46,594 nt of DNA from an uncultured Bacillota bacterium (GTDB lineage Bacteria; Bacillota_I; Bacilli_A; RF39; UBA660): positions 1 to 46,594 of the forward strand of contig CAMODW010000005.1 of NCBI GenBank assembly GCA_946611635.1. Direction: 5' to 3'. The notes under the pieces are model-generated. The model did no database searches. It was not told the DNA's origin and saw nothing but the letters and a program-made list of their open reading frames with translations. Of this stretch, positions 1-10,300 are shown piece after piece (position 1 is the stretch's first letter; every line of letters begins with the position of its first letter). A program made the position numbers and the translations under genes.

Positions 1-219
1 AAATATCAAAAAGTATTTATACTTCCAAATAATCATAAAATATTCTTTTAAAGATATATTACTTAGTAATAACAATACAAATACCCAAACCATATCTAAA
101 ATAAATAATAAAATACTAAATTTAAAAAAACAGGAAATAATAAATAATAAAAATGATATGAATTTTATAACAGGATTTAAAATATGTAGAATAGATTCCT
201 CATGGTTATATGAAACCAT
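1..219 (-). CDS. ecfT: ECF transporter transmembrane component EcfT, N-terminal part (runs off the window edge)
   Basis: Manual translation from ATG at 219: MVSYNHEESILHILNPVIKFISFLLFIISCFF... This resembles the EcfT/CbiQ N-terminal S-x-L-H-x-L-(D/N)-P-x-x-K motif followed by hydrophobic helices, and it lies directly after two ECF-type ATPases. Confidence 0.75.
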   Translation of the reverse strand, partial: MVSYNHEESILHILNPVIKFISFLLFIISCFFKFSILLFILDMVWVFVLLLLSNISLKEYFMIIWKYKYFLIF

Positions 220-223
220 ATAC

Positions 224-1054
224 TTATCCAACATTTCTATATAGCTCCTTAATCAATTCTTTTATATCTGTACACTTTTTAATATCATAACCATTCATTT
301 CTACATATTTAGTAAATTCTATTATTTTAGGTATATTAACATATTTATATAAATTACTATTATAAAAAATATCCTTTCCTTCACTTAATACTAATTTCCC
401 TTTATATATAAGATGAACATCATCTACTATATCAAATAAAAATTCAGCATTATTAGAAATTAATATTATTGTTTTATTATATTTATTTTTTAATTTAAGA
501 AATAGTTTTCTAAAATATTCTTTTTCTCGATAAGATAATCCTATATCAAAATTATCTAACACTAATACTTCTGGATTATAACTAATTACGGATGCCAATT
601 CAACCTTTTTCTTTTCTACTCTAGAAAGCTCATTAGGATCTCTATCTAAAAAAGATTCATCAAGTCCAACTATTCTTAAGGATTGAACAACATGTTTTAC
701 TACATTATCCGTTTTATAATTATAATTATTCATTATATTACTAATTTCTTTTAATACACTAACTTCTAAAAATAACTTATTATAATTACTATAAACAAAA
801 CCAATATTTCTTCTAATAGCATTAACATTATCAACATGACTACTACGTTTAATAATAGAATTATTTAATCTAATTTCTCCACTACTAGGTCTTTTTAATA
901 ATAATAACAATCTACCAATAATATCTAATCTATCTCCTAAAAAACCAACTATACTACCTTGCTCAATTACCAAACTAACATCATTCAAATAAACAATCTC
1001 TCGTGCAGATCTTTTATTTTCTATATAAGTTAATTTATTAAAAATTATTTCCAT
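224..1054 (-). CDS. ecfA2: ECF-type ABC ATPase EcfA2-like, with degenerate catalytic motifs
   Basis: ABC fold segments (LNDVSLVIEQGSIVG, VGLDESFLDRDPNELS, NPEVLVLD) and an EcfA2-like C-terminus; Walker A is not intact. Confidence 0.75.
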   Translation of the reverse strand: MEIIFNKLTYIENKRSAREIVYLNDVSLVIEQGSIVGFLGDRLDIIGRLLLLLKRPSSGEIRLNNSIIKRSSHVDNVNAIRRNIGFVYSNYNKLFLEVSVLKEISNIMNNYNYKTDNVVKHVVQSLRIVGLDESFLDRDPNELSRVEKKKVELASVISYNPEVLVLDNFDIGLSYREKEYFRKLFLKLKNKYNKTIILISNNAEFLFDIVDDVHLIYKGKLVLSEGKDIFYNSNLYKYVNIPKIIEFTKYVEMNGYDIKKCTDIKELIKELYRNVG

Positions 1055-1833
1055 AAGCGTTTCACCAAATCTTCTTTATTTAAATAAGTTCGATTTATTA
1101 AACCATATAGTTTTAATTGAATAGACAAATCTAAATAAAAAGGTAAATTAAGACCTAGTCGTTTTAATATTTTTTCCTCTTTTAATACATCAAAAGTTTT
1201 TCCATCTATTGCATTAATTCCATTATATAAAACTAAAGTATAATCAGTATACAAAGTATCTTCAATATTTGAAGTTACATTTATTAACCTAATATTTTTA
1301 TAATTTAAATAATTTAAAAGTAAAATTTTAGTTCTTTCATTCAAATATAATAATATGTCATCTAATGCTAAGTATTCAGGATAATAAATAGCATATGAAA
1401 GAATTTTAACCAATGCTCTATCATTGGTAGATAATACTTCAATTGGTTTATTAAATATCTTTTTAATAGCAAAAAAATCATCTATTTCATTAATTCTATT
1501 GTTTATTTCTTTTGGATCAATATTAAGATTTTCTAATGAAAATCTTAATTCATCTTTTACTAATTCATTAACAAAACCATTAATATCATAGACCACAGCG
1601 ATTTTATTTCTAAGTTTATCAATATTATCACTATTAACTACAATATCAGATACAATAATACTACCTTCATAAGGTAATTCTCCATTAATAATCTTAAGTA
1701 AAGTAGTTTTCCCACTTCCAGAGGGACCGATTATACTAAGAGTTTTATCCTTTCTTAAAGTAAAATTTAATCCTGAAAAAACACATTTATCAGAATAAGA
1801 ATACTTAAGATCGCTAATACGAATATTGCTCAT
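1045..1833 (-). CDS. ecfA1: ECF-type ABC ATPase EcfA1-like, partly degenerate
   Basis: Walker A GPSGSGKTT, DELRFSLENL segment, and C-terminal LGLNLPF...EDLVKRLW typical of EcfA1; A1-A2-T gene order. Confidence 0.75.
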   Translation of the reverse strand: MSNIRISDLKYSYSDKCVFSGLNFTLRKDKTLSIIGPSGSGKTTLLKIINGELPYEGSIIVSDIVVNSDNIDKLRNKIAVVYDINGFVNELVKDELRFSLENLNIDPKEINNRINEIDDFFAIKKIFNKPIEVLSTNDRALVKILSYAIYYPEYLALDDILLYLNERTKILLLNYLNYKNIRLINVTSNIEDTLYTDYTLVLYNGINAIDGKTFDVLKEEKILKRLGLNLPFYLDLSIQLKLYGLINRTYLNKEDLVKRLWK

Positions 1834-1887
1834 ATTATCGCCCCACTTGGGTATTTATTATACATAAAAAACAAAAAAAGAAAAGAC

Positions 1888-2412
1888 TTATTTGTACTTT
1901 TCTATTAATATTATTTTATTTTCTTTTAAGCTCTTAGGTATATCAATAATCCTTTGATTAGAAGAGCCTCTAAATTTTACATCAAAGCTTTTTAGTTTTT
2001 CAATAAATGGCCCATCCACCAAGACATCTATTTGTTCTAAAGCTTCAATAAATTTACTATTTTTTTTAGCAAGTTTCATTATTTCTTCATAAGTAAATCC
2101 TGTATAAACCCATACATCCATATTACAATTATGAACTTCTTTAGCAAGTTCAATAAAAGCATCTAATTGATAAAGAGGATCACCACCAGAAAATGTTACT
2201 CCTTGTTGAAATTCTAATTCTCTAATCTTATTTTTCATAGTTTCTATATCAACTAAAACACCAGCATTAAAATCCCAAGTTTCAGGATTCTGACAATTAA
2301 AGCACTTATGTCCACAACCTTGAAACCATATAACACTTCTAATTCCTTCACCATCGACAATACTATCAACTTGAATATCAGGAATAGCTAACCTGACCAT
2401 ACCATCCTTCAT
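1888..2412 (-). CDS. nrdG: Anaerobic ribonucleotide reductase activating radical-SAM protein
   Basis: DSIVDGEGIR, CxxxCxxC (CGHKCFNC), GVTFSGGDP, IDVLVDGPF, FRGSSNQRII. Confidence 0.93.
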   Translation of the reverse strand: MKDGMVRLAIPDIQVDSIVDGEGIRSVIWFQGCGHKCFNCQNPETWDFNAGVLVDIETMKNKIRELEFQQGVTFSGGDPLYQLDAFIELAKEVHNCNMDVWVYTGFTYEEIMKLAKKNSKFIEALEQIDVLVDGPFIEKLKSFDVKFRGSSNQRIIDIPKSLKENKIILIEKYK

Positions 2413-2441
2413 ATCAATACCTCTTCACACATTATTATTTA

Positions 2442-2777
2442 TTAATTAGTATCCTCTACAGTATCATCTTTATTATTTTCTCTTGGTTCAACCATTCTTA
2501 ATATTATTTCCCCTGGCTTTGAATACATATATTTCTCTCTAGCATATCTAGCAATATAATCAGGGTCTTGTAACTTAGAGACTTCCACATTTAAGGATGC
2601 CTCCTCATCCAAAAGTTTCTGATACTGAAGTTTTACTTCCTTTATTTCTTCTCTATTTCTAATAACTTGTATCCAATCATTTATAACCGTTCCAATAAGA
2701 GCAATAATTAGAATAATAGAAGAAAAAATAGGAAGAAAATATTTATATTTATTAGAATTCTTTTTTTTCTTCCTCAA
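2442..2777 (-). CDS. divIC: Septum formation initiator DivIC/FtsB
   Basis: Basic N-terminus, one TM helix, coiled coil, and LQDPDYIARYAREKYMYSKPGE motif. Confidence 0.9.
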   Translation of the reverse strand: MRKKKKNSNKYKYFLPIFSSIILIIALIGTVINDWIQVIRNREEIKEVKLQYQKLLDEEASLNVEVSKLQDPDYIARYAREKYMYSKPGEIILRMVEPRENNKDDTVEDTN

Positions 2778-2862
2778 AACACATCACACCCATTATCACA
2801 ACAATTATAACACACTAAATATGATATATTTTATATATATTATATATTTAACATTTTTTTAC

Positions 2863-2890
2863 AAAAAAAAACTCAAGTTTTTCTTGAGTT
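2863..2890 (-). terminator. Intrinsic terminator after spoVG
   Basis: AACTCAAG/CTTGAGTT inverted repeat followed by a T-run on the - strand. Confidence 0.7.
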
Positions 2891-2893
2891 CAA

Positions 2894-3184
2894 TTATAAT
2901 TCTATTTTAACTAATTCTTCACCAGTTTTTTTCATTTCTTCATAAGCACCGAAGATTGCATCTTCAAACATCTTACGTGTTTCTTGATTTACAGGATGAG
3001 CAATATCATCATATACTCCATCACTAATCTTTCTGCTAGGCATTGCGATAAACATCTTATCATCACCTTGAATTAGTCTAATACCTGTAATAACAAAAGC
3101 CTCATCTAACGTAACTGTTGCAATAGCTTTCATACGTGAATCTTCTTTTTCTTTATTACGAAGTACAACTTTTGTAATTTTCAT
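2894..3184 (-). CDS. spoVG: SpoVG family regulator (start trimmed to MKITKV)
   Basis: MKAIATVTLDEAFVITGIRLIQG, FIAMPSRK, DIAHPVNQETR; GGGAG RBS upstream of ATG at 3184. Confidence 0.93.
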   Translation of the reverse strand: MKITKVVLRNKEKEDSRMKAIATVTLDEAFVITGIRLIQGDDKMFIAMPSRKISDGVYDDIAHPVNQETRKMFEDAIFGAYEEMKKTGEELVKIEL

Positions 3185-3255
3185 AATAACACTCCCTTCA
3201 AGTTTATCAACTAATATAATTTTAGAACAAAATAATAATAAAAGCAATAAATTTT

Positions 3256-4041
3256 TTAAGATATCTCATTTGCTATATCAATAAAAGCATCTAATGGCAT
3301 ATTTTCAGCTCTATCACTTAATGATAAATCATACTTTGATAAAACTCTTTCTATTAACTTTATATCATAATTATGTAAATTATTTTTTATATTTTTTCTT
3401 TTCATAAAAAATGAATCTTTTAATAACTTATTAAATACATCCATATTATTTATACTTAAATACTTATTATTTTTTACAAATTTAATAATAGAACTATCTA
3501 CATTTGGAACTGGAGTAAAATTATTTCTATTAACATCAAATAATAAACTAACATCAAAATATGCACTTAAATAAACTGTAATAGATCCATATTCCTTATT
3601 ACCAGGACTAGCAGAGAATCTGTTAGCAACTTCTTTTTGAACCATAAGAGTCATTTCTTGTACATCAATTTTATCTTTTATAATCTTTTCTATAATTGGA
3701 GTAGTTATATAATATGGTAAATTGGCTATAATATATAATTTGTTATATTTAATATCTTTAATATCATCTTGAATATCAGAATTAAGAAAATTCTTATAAA
3801 TTATTCTTGTCTTATCATCCTCAAATGAATCTAAATATTTTTTTAATTCAACATCAATTTCATAACAAATCAAATTACAATTATATAATTTCAAATACTT
3901 AGTTAACGCTCCTTGACCAGGACCAATTTCAATTACTAAATCATCTTCTTGAACATCAATACTATCAATTATATCTATTAATACCTTTTTATTATTCAAA
4001 AAATTTTGCCCAAATTTCTTCTTATGTTTAAAATCTCCCAT
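3256..4041 (-). CDS. rsmA: 16S rRNA adenine dimethyltransferase (start probably MGDF)
   Basis: KKKFGQNFL, EIGPGQGALT, ANLPYYITTPII, MVQKEVA, FTPVPNVDS. Confidence 0.96.
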   Translation of the reverse strand: MGDFKHKKKFGQNFLNNKKVLIDIIDSIDVQEDDLVIEIGPGQGALTKYLKLYNCNLICYEIDVELKKYLDSFEDDKTRIIYKNFLNSDIQDDIKDIKYNKLYIIANLPYYITTPIIEKIIKDKIDVQEMTLMVQKEVANRFSASPGNKEYGSITVYLSAYFDVSLLFDVNRNNFTPVPNVDSSIIKFVKNNKYLSINNMDVFNKLLKDSFFMKRKNIKNNLHNYDIKLIERVLSKYDLSLSDRAENMPLDAFIDIANEIS

Positions 4042-4042
4042 T

Positions 4043-4651
4043 TTACCAACCACTTCTTAATATACTAAAAGTAACTTTCTTTCTGCCAATATTTTTAATT
4101 GCTTCAGCTTCTGTAGCAACTAATAAATCCAAGTTATTACCTGAAACACCTCTATCAAGAACTATCGCTAACATTGGTTGGCTAGTTAAAGAACTATTTA
4201 TAGCCACAATTGAGCCACATGGAATACTTCTTGAAGAAGCTACTATTCTTACATTTCCATAAGTTGCATCTGAATAAGTTACTACTCCATTTTTATATAC
4301 ATTATAATTCGTACAGGCTAGTCTACCACTACACGCAGGACAATCAGCTGCATATCCTGTTAAAGATCCACTCAATTCTCCATTATTTGATACAGCAACA
4401 CCATTATTTGTTTCATATGATTTTGGAGTAACTGGTTCCTTTTTCTTAATAACCACATTCTTCTCCACAGGCTTAGGTTTGCTTTCTTCATTTTTCACTG
4501 CATAAGCAACAAAACCAACCTCTTTATTAAGTTTACCAAAATCAAAAACTGATTTATCAAATTCATTTGTATTTGTTAAAAAGAATACAAAAACCATCAT
4601 TATAAATACTTCAAGACCTCTTTTAATAAATGGTCTTAATTTAATTTTCAT
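4043..4651 (-). CDS. Membrane-anchored 3D-domain (YabE-like) cell-wall protein
   Basis: N-terminal TM helix; TGY...IVAS..SIPCGS...VLDRG...LDLLV 3D-domain pattern; sits at the yabE position between tatD and rsmA. Confidence 0.75.
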   Translation of the reverse strand: MKIKLRPFIKRGLEVFIMMVFVFFLTNTNEFDKSVFDFGKLNKEVGFVAYAVKNEESKPKPVEKNVVIKKKEPVTPKSYETNNGVAVSNNGELSGSLTGYAADCPACSGRLACTNYNVYKNGVVTYSDATYGNVRIVASSRSIPCGSIVAINSSLTSQPMLAIVLDRGVSGNNLDLLVATEAEAIKNIGRKKVTFSILRSGW

Positions 4652-4696
4652 TCCAAAACACCTCTAAAATTACTATTTATAATATCATTATAGATT

Positions 4697-5446
4697 TTAA
4701 ATGTCAAAAACCCTTTTAATATTATTCTCAGTAATAATTGAAATTTCCGAGTTTGAAATATCCATTTTACTAGCAATAAAATTAACTATATCAAGTATAT
4801 GAGAAGGATCATTTTTATGTCCTCTATAAGGAACAGGAGTTAAATAAGGACTATCAGTCTCTAATACTACATTATCTAATCCTATTTTTTTTAAAGTTTC
4901 AATTAAATTACAATTTTTAAAAGTTATTACTCCATTAATTCCTATTAAAAATCCTAGTTTTATATAAATACAAGCCGTTTCATAACTTCCATTAAAACAA
5001 TGAATAACACCCTTAACATCATATTTCTTAATACACTCTATAGTATCTAAAGTTGCTTCTCTACTATGTATAATTACAGGCTTATTATATTTTTCAGCTA
5101 ATTTTAATTGCTTTTCAAACAATTCTATTTGTTTATCCTTACTTTCTTTATCATAATGATAATCTAAACCTATTTCCCCTATCGCAACAACTTTTTTATT
5201 ATTAATATTATTTTCTAGTTCTACTAAATCCTCTTCTGAATAATTATTTACTTCTTCTGGATGTATACCTATTGCCCCATACATCCATTCATATTTTTGT
5301 ATTTTCTTTAATATTTCTTGATTAGATTTCTTTTCCGTACCATTATTTATAACTCTATAAACATTATTTTTATCCATTAATTCTTTTATTTCATCTATAT
5401 TATCATAATATTCATCAAATATATGACAATGCGTATCTGTAAACAT
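4697..5446 (-). CDS. tatD: TatD family nuclease
   Basis: DTHCH, GIHP, AIGEIGLDY, IHSREA, HCF, LETDSPYL. Confidence 0.95.
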   Translation of the reverse strand: MFTDTHCHIFDEYYDNIDEIKELMDKNNVYRVINNGTEKKSNQEILKKIQKYEWMYGAIGIHPEEVNNYSEEDLVELENNINNKKVVAIGEIGLDYHYDKESKDKQIELFEKQLKLAEKYNKPVIIHSREATLDTIECIKKYDVKGVIHCFNGSYETACIYIKLGFLIGINGVITFKNCNLIETLKKIGLDNVVLETDSPYLTPVPYRGHKNDPSHILDIVNFIASKMDISNSEISIITENNIKRVFDI

Positions 5447-5491
5447 ATTACCACCAAAAAAAATATATAATAAAAAAAAGTAAAAATCAAT

Positions 5492-6064
5492 CTATTGATT
5501 TTTACCTTTTTCTCCTAAAGTAAAAGCTTCTCCTGTTCCAAAAGAATTTCTAAAATCAGAAGCTAAATTATCCAATTTAAATCCACGTTTACTCGAATTA
5601 TAAGTTTCATTATCAAAAGCACGAGTAAGTTCATCTTCACTTCCTTCAACTGCTTTCAAGCCCATGTTTTTTATATAAAGAGAAATAATATCTCTTACAC
5701 ACCCAATAAAAAACTCATTAGGTTCTATTCCCATAGACTTTAATACTTCTTCCTCACTAGGTCTTTTATGAGATCTTAATGAATATATTATACTTTTTTC
5801 AAACTCACTAATAAATCTCCCTATAAAAGTATTCACATCAATATATTCGAATTTCAATGAATCCATAATAGGAACTAAATTACTATAACCCTCAAGAAAA
5901 TAACGAACAAATCTTATATACGAAATAAACTCTTTATCTTCTATAGGAAAATCCGTTGTATCAATTTCTAATAAATAATTATCAATTTTAATAATATCTT
6001 CAATACTATATCCAGCAAAAGGATGAGATATTATTGTTCTCTCAGTATTATTTTCTTTACTCAT
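5492..6064 (-). CDS. Hypothetical protein
   Basis: 190-aa ORF with GAGGTG RBS and a plausible promoter (TTGATT 6117-6112, 17 bp, TAAAAT 6094-6089); no motif recognised. Confidence 0.7.
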   Translation of the reverse strand: MSKENNTERTIISHPFAGYSIEDIIKIDNYLLEIDTTDFPIEDKEFISYIRFVRYFLEGYSNLVPIMDSLKFEYIDVNTFIGRFISEFEKSIIYSLRSHKRPSEEEVLKSMGIEPNEFFIGCVRDIISLYIKNMGLKAVEGSEDELTRAFDNETYNSSKRGFKLDNLASDFRNSFGTGEAFTLGEKGKNQ

Positions 6065-6157
6065 ACCATAACCACCTCAATAAACTCTATTTTATATAAT
6101 AAACATACGAAAATCAACAAAAAAATTGGTTCATACGAAATATTTAAGCTATTCTAC

Positions 6158-6640
6158 TTATTTCTCACTATTCGGCTTACCTGTCCAACCATTTCTCTCT
6201 TCTTGAACTTCATCTTCATCATCTACTGTATAATACTTTAAAAATATTCCTTGTCCAAAAGCTTCACCTTTTTTAACTTTAAATTCTTTATCTCCTTCAT
6301 TTTGTAGAGCAAACCACATATGCCCTTCATTATCAACATTATTATAGAAATCACTATCTATAATTCCAACTTGATTACATAAACGAACATTCCATTTAAA
6401 TCCCATACTACTTCTAACAAAGAGCATAAAAGTTTCATCTTTAGGATACATAGCTTTAATACCTGTAGGTACCTTTTTTATTTCTCCTGGTTTTATACTA
6501 AAATCCTCTATTGCAAAAAAATCATATCCTGCACTATATTTTGTCTTTCTAGACGGAACTTTATACTCTTCATATAATTTTATATCATCTTTTATATCTT
6601 TCTTAAATTGTTCAAAAGATATTTTTTCTAACCTTCTCAT
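6158..6640 (-). CDS. dut: Trimeric dUTPase (start trimmed to MRRLEK)
   Basis: Motifs SAGYDF, VPTGIK, RSSMG, GIIDSDFY and QGIF; GGGAGA RBS upstream. Confidence 0.88.
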   Translation of the reverse strand: MRRLEKISFEQFKKDIKDDIKLYEEYKVPSRKTKYSAGYDFFAIEDFSIKPGEIKKVPTGIKAMYPKDETFMLFVRSSMGFKWNVRLCNQVGIIDSDFYNNVDNEGHMWFALQNEGDKEFKVKKGEAFGQGIFLKYYTVDDEDEVQEERNGWTGKPNSEK

Positions 6641-6704
6641 AACTACCACCATTCTCCCTAACAAGTATATCATAAAATGTATATTAAAAATTATTATATT
6701 TATG

Positions 6705-6735
6705 AAAAAATCAACCATCATTATTATGGTTGATT
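6705..6735 (-). terminator. Intrinsic terminator after the mfd-lipoprotein unit
   Basis: AATCAACCAT/ATGGTTGATT inverted repeat followed by T6 on the - strand. Confidence 0.7.
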
Positions 6736-7312
6736 ATTTTATTTCTTTTAAAGAATAAGCTATATCTCTAAATTCAGAATTATACAATGTTTTATTATCT
6801 AATTCAGTCCACATTAATAACTGATTATAATAATTGTTAGTTTCAATAAAATATAATTGGAGATAAACCTTTTCACCATTCATTTCTAGTTCGTTTTCAA
6901 TAAATCTAGTATTTAGACCACCTTCATCTGATCTTCTTATCTTACTATCATCCAATTGATAACTCTCTTTAACATTACTATAAACTGTATCAAACCAATT
7001 ATTAAAACTGCTAAAAGAGCTCTTTTCCTCACTAATAACAATTAAATATTTAATTTCATCTGCTCCTATTAATTCTAAACAAGCATCATCATTCATTTTT
7101 TCTTCTTTATACTCACTCCAACTATTAGGAGTTTCAACTTTTATTTTATTATTATCACAAATAAATGTTAATTTTTTAGAAATATCCTTTTCTACTACTT
7201 CTTCATTTTCCTCTATATTTTTTACTTCCACATCTTCTTTTTTTCCACCACAGCCTGTACATAAACATATAATAAAAAACATGGTTAAAAAAATATAATT
7301 AATCTTTTTCAT
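6734..7312 (-). CDS. Putative lipoprotein (start trimmed to MKKIN)
   Basis: Basic N-terminus, hydrophobic stretch, lipobox-like LCTGC, then a charged linker. Confidence 0.75.
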   Translation of the reverse strand: MKKINYIFLTMFFIICLCTGCGGKKEDVEVKNIEENEEVVEKDISKKLTFICDNNKIKVETPNSWSEYKEEKMNDDACLELIGADEIKYLIVISEEKSSFSSFNNWFDTVYSNVKESYQLDDSKIRRSDEGGLNTRFIENELEMNGEKVYLQLYFIETNNYYNQLLMWTELDNKTLYNSEFRDIAYSLKEIK

Positions 7313-7316
7313 ATTA

Positions 7317-10300
7317 TCATTCCTTACCTTCAATTTCCTTTTTTACTTCCTCTAATAAGGGAATCAAATAGTATAAAAAGTGTTTCTTTTGATTTAATAA
7401 AGTTAAAGCAATGATTACTTTATTACTTACATATTTTAATCTAAATCTCGGATTAATTCTATAAGCAGTAATAAAAAAGTCTTCTCCATTAATATTATTA
7501 GATACCTTTTCTGGTAATTCAACTTCTATTTCTCTATCTGATTGTCTTACAGTATCTATTCCTAGTTCTAAAGCTTGCTTTTCAAACCACTCTTCATACA
7601 TATAAATCTCTATTTCTTCACTTATTTTACCAAATCTATCTTCTAGCTCACTTTTTACTTCTTGTAACTTCAAATATCCATCTATCTCATTTATTTTTTT
7701 ATGTATTTCTATTTTAATATCTTCATCAGAAACATAAGAATCACTAATATGAGTTTCAACTTCTACTAATGACTTAGTAGATTCTTCCTCTTCTTCAGGA
7801 ATTTCTTCACCCTTCATTCTTCTCATTTCCTCATCTATCATTTGCATATACATTTCTATTCCAACTGTATCTACAAATCCGGCTTGTTCTGAGCCAAGTA
7901 AATCTCCAGCTCCTCTTATACTTAAATCTCTCATTGCAATACGATATCCACTACCAAGCTCAGTAAACTCTTTTATTGCTTGTAATCTTTTTACCGCAAT
8001 CTCATTTAACATCTTTGATTTATCATACATTAAATATGCATAAGCAATTCTATTACTACGCCCAACTCTTCCTCTTATTTGATATAACTGAGATAATCCA
8101 AAATTATCAGCATCATATATTATTAAAGTATTAACATTACTTATATCAATACCTGTTTCTATAATAGTTGTACAAAGTAAAATATCAAATTCCTGATTTA
8201 CGAAAGATTCCATAACTCTTTCTAATTCTTGCTTACTCATCTGACCATGAGCATAAGTTATTCTAGCTTCTGGTACTAACTTATGGATTTGAGACATTTT
8301 AGATTCTATAGATGCAACTTTATTATAAAGAATAAATATTTGACCATTCCTAGATAATTCTTTATATATAGCATCTTTTATAATTAAATCATTTTCTTGT
8401 ATCACATAAGTTTGAACAGGGTATCTATTAGTAGGTGGTGTATCAATTATTGATAAATCTCTAAGACCTGACAAAGCCATTTTTAGTGTTCTAGGTATTG
8501 GCGTAGCACTTAATGTTAAAACATTAACATCATTTTTATACTGCTTTATCTTTTCTTTATGAGAAACACCAAATCTTTGTTCTTCATCAACAATAAGCAA
8601 TCCTAATTTACCAAATTTTACATCATTTGATAACAATCTATGAGTACCAAAAACCAAATCAATAGTTCCCTTTTCTAGACCTTCTAATATTCTTTTTGTC
8701 TCTTTACTAGAAGTAAACCTATTTAGTAAAGCTATTTCAATTGGATAATTCTTAAACCTCTCTAATGCATTTTCATATTGTTGTTTAGATAAAATTGTAG
8801 TAGGACATAAATAAAACACTTGTTTATTATTAACAATAGTCTTAAACATTGCTCTAAAAGCAACCTCAGTTTTACCAAATCCAACATCTCCACACAATAA
8901 CCTATCCATTGGAACAGATGATTCTAAATCTTTATTAATATCTTCAATTGCTTTCAATTGATCAGCTGTTTCATCATAAATAAATTCCGAACCAAAAACA
9001 GCTTCTTCTGCATAATCCCTAAAAGGAGTTCCTTTAATATTACTTCGAGCTGCATATAGTTTTATTAATTCACCACTAATATCCTTAATTCTATTTCTAA
9101 GTTCTCTTTTTTTCTTAATCCAACTAGTACTATTTAATCTATCTAGTTTAGGAGCTGCTCCTTCTTTACCAGAATACTTTAATATTGTAGATATTTTTTC
9201 AACAGGAATATATACTTTATCATTACCTGCATAATTAATTTGTAAATAATCCTTTTTTAAGCCATTTTTTGATAAAGTAATAACACCATTATATATTCCT
9301 ATACCATGTTGAGTATGAACAACAAAATCACCTATATTAAGTTGACTAAAATCTTTTAATTTTTTCCCAACTTTATATGAATTTTTATAGTTAATAACAG
9401 CATTCTTAGTCTTTTCTATATCATTAGCACCAATTACTACATATTTATCAAAGACAAAACCTCTATTAATCTTTTTATATACAATATTAATTTCTTTATC
9501 TATTAAACTATTCTTTTTTACTACATGATAACTTGGTAAAAAAGGGCTTAAACTTTTTAATTGTTTTTCATTATTTAAACAAATAATAATAGTTTTACCT
9601 TCTATTATTCTTTTATTACAATACTTACCAAGTAATTCAAAATCACTATTAAAATTATCAACTTCTTGAGATTTAAATTTTAATTGTTTACCATAATTAT
9701 TATCATTAATTGTATTCAAATATATAACATAATTATATTTTATATCTTCTAACTCATACATATATTTCTCATTAGAATTATTACTACTATTATACTCACT
9801 AATATCATTTAATAATTTTTCATAAGAAACATCTATTTGATCCTTATTTATAATGACTAATAAAGGATCATTTAAATAATCATATATAGAACTCTTTTTT
9901 TCTCCTATTACTTCTATATATGGCTTCAATTCTATTTCGGAAATGACTTGAGTAGATAATTGACTATTCTCATCAAAATACCTAATAGAATCAATTTCAT
10001 CTCCAAAAAATTCAATTCTTATTGGATGTTCTTCATCGATTAAAAAAACATCAATAATAAAACCTCTAACAGCATATTCTCCAGTAGTAGTAACTAAACT
10101 TTCTCTATTATAACCATATTTATTTAATATACTAATAATATCATCTCTACTAATTTGCTTTTGATTAGATATTTTAAAACATAAATCCGAATTGTTCTTT
10201 TTATCAGGCAAATACCTTAAAAAACCCATTAAATTAGTAACTATTATACACTTTTTACCCTCATTAATAACGTTTAACGTTTCAAGTCTTTTATTCTTTA

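Noticed and set aside
2812-2827. Possible NrdR box upstream of divIC-nrdG
   Set aside because: Four mismatches to the consensus, no convincing second box, and it lies in an AT-rich low-complexity tract.
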